This document shows, in pieces, positions 26,644 through 29,131 of a DNA stretch of 29,131 nt; positions within the stretch are counted from its first letter, which is position 1, and each line of letters opens with the position of its first letter. A model generated the notes under the pieces. That model had not been told where the DNA came from. It saw nothing but the letters and a program-made list of their open reading frames with translations, and searched no databases. The stretch comes from an uncultured Pseudomonadota bacterium (GTDB taxonomy: Bacteria > BMS3Abin14): NCBI GenBank assembly GCA_964454175.1, contig CAYVSA010000007.1, positions 1 through 29,131 of the forward strand, written 5' to 3'. The translations under genes and the position numbers were made by a program.

Positions 26644-27380
26644 AGGGTGTCGCCCTCTCTCTGGTGATCCTCGATGGCTTTCTGCAGGTCGATCGTACCC
26701 TCATAGAGCGAACGGCCGAGTATTACCCCCCCAACGCCCAATTCTTCCAGCTCCGCCACCTTTTCGATGTCCTCATGGCTGTGCATCCCCCCGGATAATA
26801 CCACCGGGATATCGATACCTCGCGCCAACTCAGCGGTGGACTCCAGATTGGGACCGGACAAAGCTCCGTCCCGTTCAATATCAGTGTAAATAATGTAGCT
26901 GACCCCGGCCGATTGCAGATCTTCAGCGAGGTCGATAGCTCTTTTTTCGGTGACTTCCTGCCACCCCTGCACTGCCACAAACCCGCCCCTGGCATCGATC
27001 CCCACGACTATCTGGCCCGGGAAATCCGTGCACAGCTGCCCGGTCAGGTCGGGGTCCTTGCAGGCGGACGTCCCCAGTACAATACGGGACACTCCCAGCT
27101 GGAGGTAGTCTTCGACTATCTCTCTTGATCTGATACCGCCCCCGAGTTCAATGGGTACACTGATTGTTTCAAGGATCCTGGCGATCGATCCGAGGTTTCT
27201 CGGCTCACCGGCGACCGCGCCGTCAAGGTCAACGAGGTGGATCAGCCTGGCTCCGGCATCCTCCCACCGGGTGGCAGCTTCCTCGGGATTGTCAGCATAG
27301 ATCTTGGAGCTTTCCATGTCGCCCTGGTAGAGCCGGACGCATTTCCCATCTTTAATGTCAATGGCAGGAATTACAATCAC
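26640..27380 (-). CDS. hisA: ProFAR isomerase
   Basis: [48 protein letters not shown]. Confidence 0.97.
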   Translation of the reverse strand: MIVIPAIDIKDGKCVRLYQGDMESSKIYADNPEEAATRWEDAGARLIHLVDLDGAVAGEPRNLGSIARILETISVPIELGGGIRSREIVEDYLQLGVSRIVLGTSACKDPDLTGQLCTDFPGQIVVGIDARGGFVAVQGWQEVTEKRAIDLAEDLQSAGVSYIIYTDIERDGALSGPNLESTAELARGIDIPVVLSGGMHSHEDIEKVAELEELGVGGVILGRSLYEGTIDLQKAIEDHQREGDTL

Positions 27381-28034
27381 CTAGACACTCTCCCTGTGGT
27401 CAGTAACTATCTTGCCGAAGTTTTCCAGGAGCTTCAGCCCCCAATGCTGGCTTTTTTCCGGGTGAAACTGGCAGGCGAACAGGTTGTTGCGGCTCACCGC
27501 AGAACAGAACCTGATACCGTAATCTGTCCAGGCGGCAGAAAGGTCCTGTGAGCCAGGCTGGGCGTAATAGGAGTGGACGAAGTAAAAGTAGGCGCCATCC
27601 GGGATGCCCTTCAAAAACGGGTTCGGCCTGCTGGCATAAACCCTGTTCCAGCCCATGTGGGGCACCTTGAGGCCCAGGGCAGCCGGGAACCGGATAACTC
27701 GCCCAGGCACCAGGTCCAGGCCCTGGTGCCTGCCGAACTCCTCACTGATAGACATGAGGATCTGCATACCGAGGCAGATCCCCAGAAAGGGCTTCTCTTC
27801 GTAAACAGCCTCCATGACCGGGTCCACCAGTTTCGACTGGGTGAGGTTTGACATGCAGTCCTTGAACGCCCCGACACCGGGCAGCACAACGCCGCTGGCA
27901 GAAGAGATGGCAGCAGGATCGCTGGTCACAACCGCATCGCAGCCAACACTCTCAAGAGCCTTCTGGACGCTTCTCAGGTTACCCATACCGTAATCCACTA
28001 CGGCTATAGTGGGCCTGTTGTTTTCCGTCCTCAT
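27381..28034 (-). CDS. hisH: Imidazole glycerol phosphate synthase glutaminase subunit
   Basis: [43 protein letters not shown]. Confidence 0.98.
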   Translation of the reverse strand: MRTENNRPTIAVVDYGMGNLRSVQKALESVGCDAVVTSDPAAISSASGVVLPGVGAFKDCMSNLTQSKLVDPVMEAVYEEKPFLGICLGMQILMSISEEFGRHQGLDLVPGRVIRFPAALGLKVPHMGWNRVYASRPNPFLKGIPDGAYFYFVHSYYAQPGSQDLSAAWTDYGIRFCSAVSRNNLFACQFHPEKSQHWGLKLLENFGKIVTDHRESV

Positions 28035-28624
28035 TTTTCCCCGATAACCCCCTTGGTGGACAGCACCCCATCGAGTCGGGGTTCAATGGCAACAGCCTGG
28101 TCAAGTGCTTTTGAGAACGCCTTGAATATTGCTTCCGACACGTGGTGTTTGTTCCTGCCGGCCTCAACCCTGACGTGCAGGTTCGCACCGGCGTTGTTGC
28201 AGAACGCCTGGAAGAACTCGGGGAGGAGTTCCATTGAGAACCCCCCCGTCTCCCCCTCCAGGGACGGCATGGAAAAGGCGAGGTACGGCCTGCCCCCGAG
28301 ATCAACGGACACTACAGCAAGAGCATCGTCCATCGGCAGGATCGCCCAGCCGTAGCGCCTTATCCCTGCAGAATCCCCCAGGGCATCTTTTACGGCACTA
28401 CCCAGGCAGATCCCGATGTCTTCCACGGTGTGGTGGGCATCCACTTCAATGTCGCCTTTTGCTTCCAGTTCCATATCGAAGAAACCGTGCCTGGCGAAAA
28501 GCTCCAGCATGTGGTCGAGGAAAGGAACACCCGTATCAACGCTGGATTTACCAGAACCATCCAGGGTGAGGGTCAGGTCGATCTGCGTTTCCATGGTTTT
28601 CCTCGTGATCTTCTTTTGCCTCAT
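28031..28624 (-). CDS. hisB: Imidazoleglycerol-phosphate dehydratase (monofunctional)
   Basis: [36 protein letters not shown]. Confidence 0.97.
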   Translation of the reverse strand: MRQKKITRKTMETQIDLTLTLDGSGKSSVDTGVPFLDHMLELFARHGFFDMELEAKGDIEVDAHHTVEDIGICLGSAVKDALGDSAGIRRYGWAILPMDDALAVVSVDLGGRPYLAFSMPSLEGETGGFSMELLPEFFQAFCNNAGANLHVRVEAGRNKHHVSEAIFKAFSKALDQAVAIEPRLDGVLSTKGVIGEK

Positions 28625-28627
28625 AGG

Positions 28628-29131
28628 CTACCTTCCTTTCACCGTGAAATCCCTGACCCGCTCTGACAGAAGGTCGTTCTCTTCGGGTGTCCCGACGGTT
28701 ATCCTCAAAGCATCACCCACAACCCCCAGCCGGGGAAGAAATTTTACCATAATGCCGGACTCTTTCAAAAAAGCGAAAAGCTCTTTTTCCCGGCCACCGG
28801 CCTTTACAAGGAGAAAGTTTGCCTGTGACGGAAACACCTCCAGGGCCAGGTCGGCAAACCGCCCGGCCAGCTGCTCTCGGGACTTTGCAACGTCCCGGGC
28901 AATGCCATGCAGAAGCTCAAATCTCTTCAACATCACTTCACCCGCTGCCTGGGTCATGCTGCTGACGTTGAAGGGGGCCCTGACCTTGTTAACCTGTGCC
29001 AGAAGGGCTTTGTCCGCAACGAGAAAACCGCATCGCAGGGCGGCCCCTCCCACTTTTGACAGGGTTCTTAACACGGCCAGGTTGTCGTAGTTATCCACCT
29101 CCTGAACCCAGGAGGGCTCACTGGAAAAATC
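28628..29131 (-). CDS. hisC: Histidinol-phosphate aminotransferase, C-terminal part (5' end outside window)
   Basis: NL.VLRTLSK (PLP lysine), KVRAPFNV, PSQANF, LRITVGT.EEN. Lies directly upstream of hisB. Confidence 0.88.
   Translation of the reverse strand, partial: DFSSEPSWVQEVDNYDNLAVLRTLSKVGGAALRCGFLVADKALLAQVNKVRAPFNVSSMTQAAGEVMLKRFELLHGIARDVAKSREQLAGRFADLALEVFPSQANFLLVKAGGREKELFAFLKESGIMVKFLPRLGVVGDALRITVGTPEENDLLSERVRDFTVKGR

Overview
Mostly core chromosome of a bacterium whose gene content and order look deltaproteobacterial (Desulfobacterota-like; this is an inference). The right half is one minus-strand run: hisC(partial)-hisB-hisH-hisA-hisF-hisIE-HIT-rpsU-yqeY-mutS2-dnaG-rpoD-tRNA(CAT, probably Ile2)-nif3-zinc-ribbon protein-RNase HI-rnpB. 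The middle holds a heme operon (AhbD-like radical SAM, hemE, hemH, hemY/G) and a convergent atypical receiver-PilZ gene. The left part has a GpgS-like glycosyltransferase, a long-form hisG, a YchF paralogue with a degenerate P-loop, a truncated PflX-like radical SAM gene, an OFA-family MFS transporter with a long structured leader, a PxxKW protein, queH, a CNNM/CBS protein and a LOG protein. I found no transposase, integrase, prophage gene or CRISPR array. The most unusual signals are non-coding. (1) A ~45-bp inverted repeat pair (MITE-like ends) exactly brackets the receiver-PilZ gene. (2) REP-like palindromes form three variable helices of the RNase P RNA. (3) A multi-hairpin leader with an orphan extended Shine-Dalgarno and an anti-SD switch precedes the MFS gene. 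(4) A 34-bp hairpin has strand-biased G:U pairs. (5) An isolated DnaA-box cluster lies between convergent genes. All family calls come from motif recognition by eye, not database searches.
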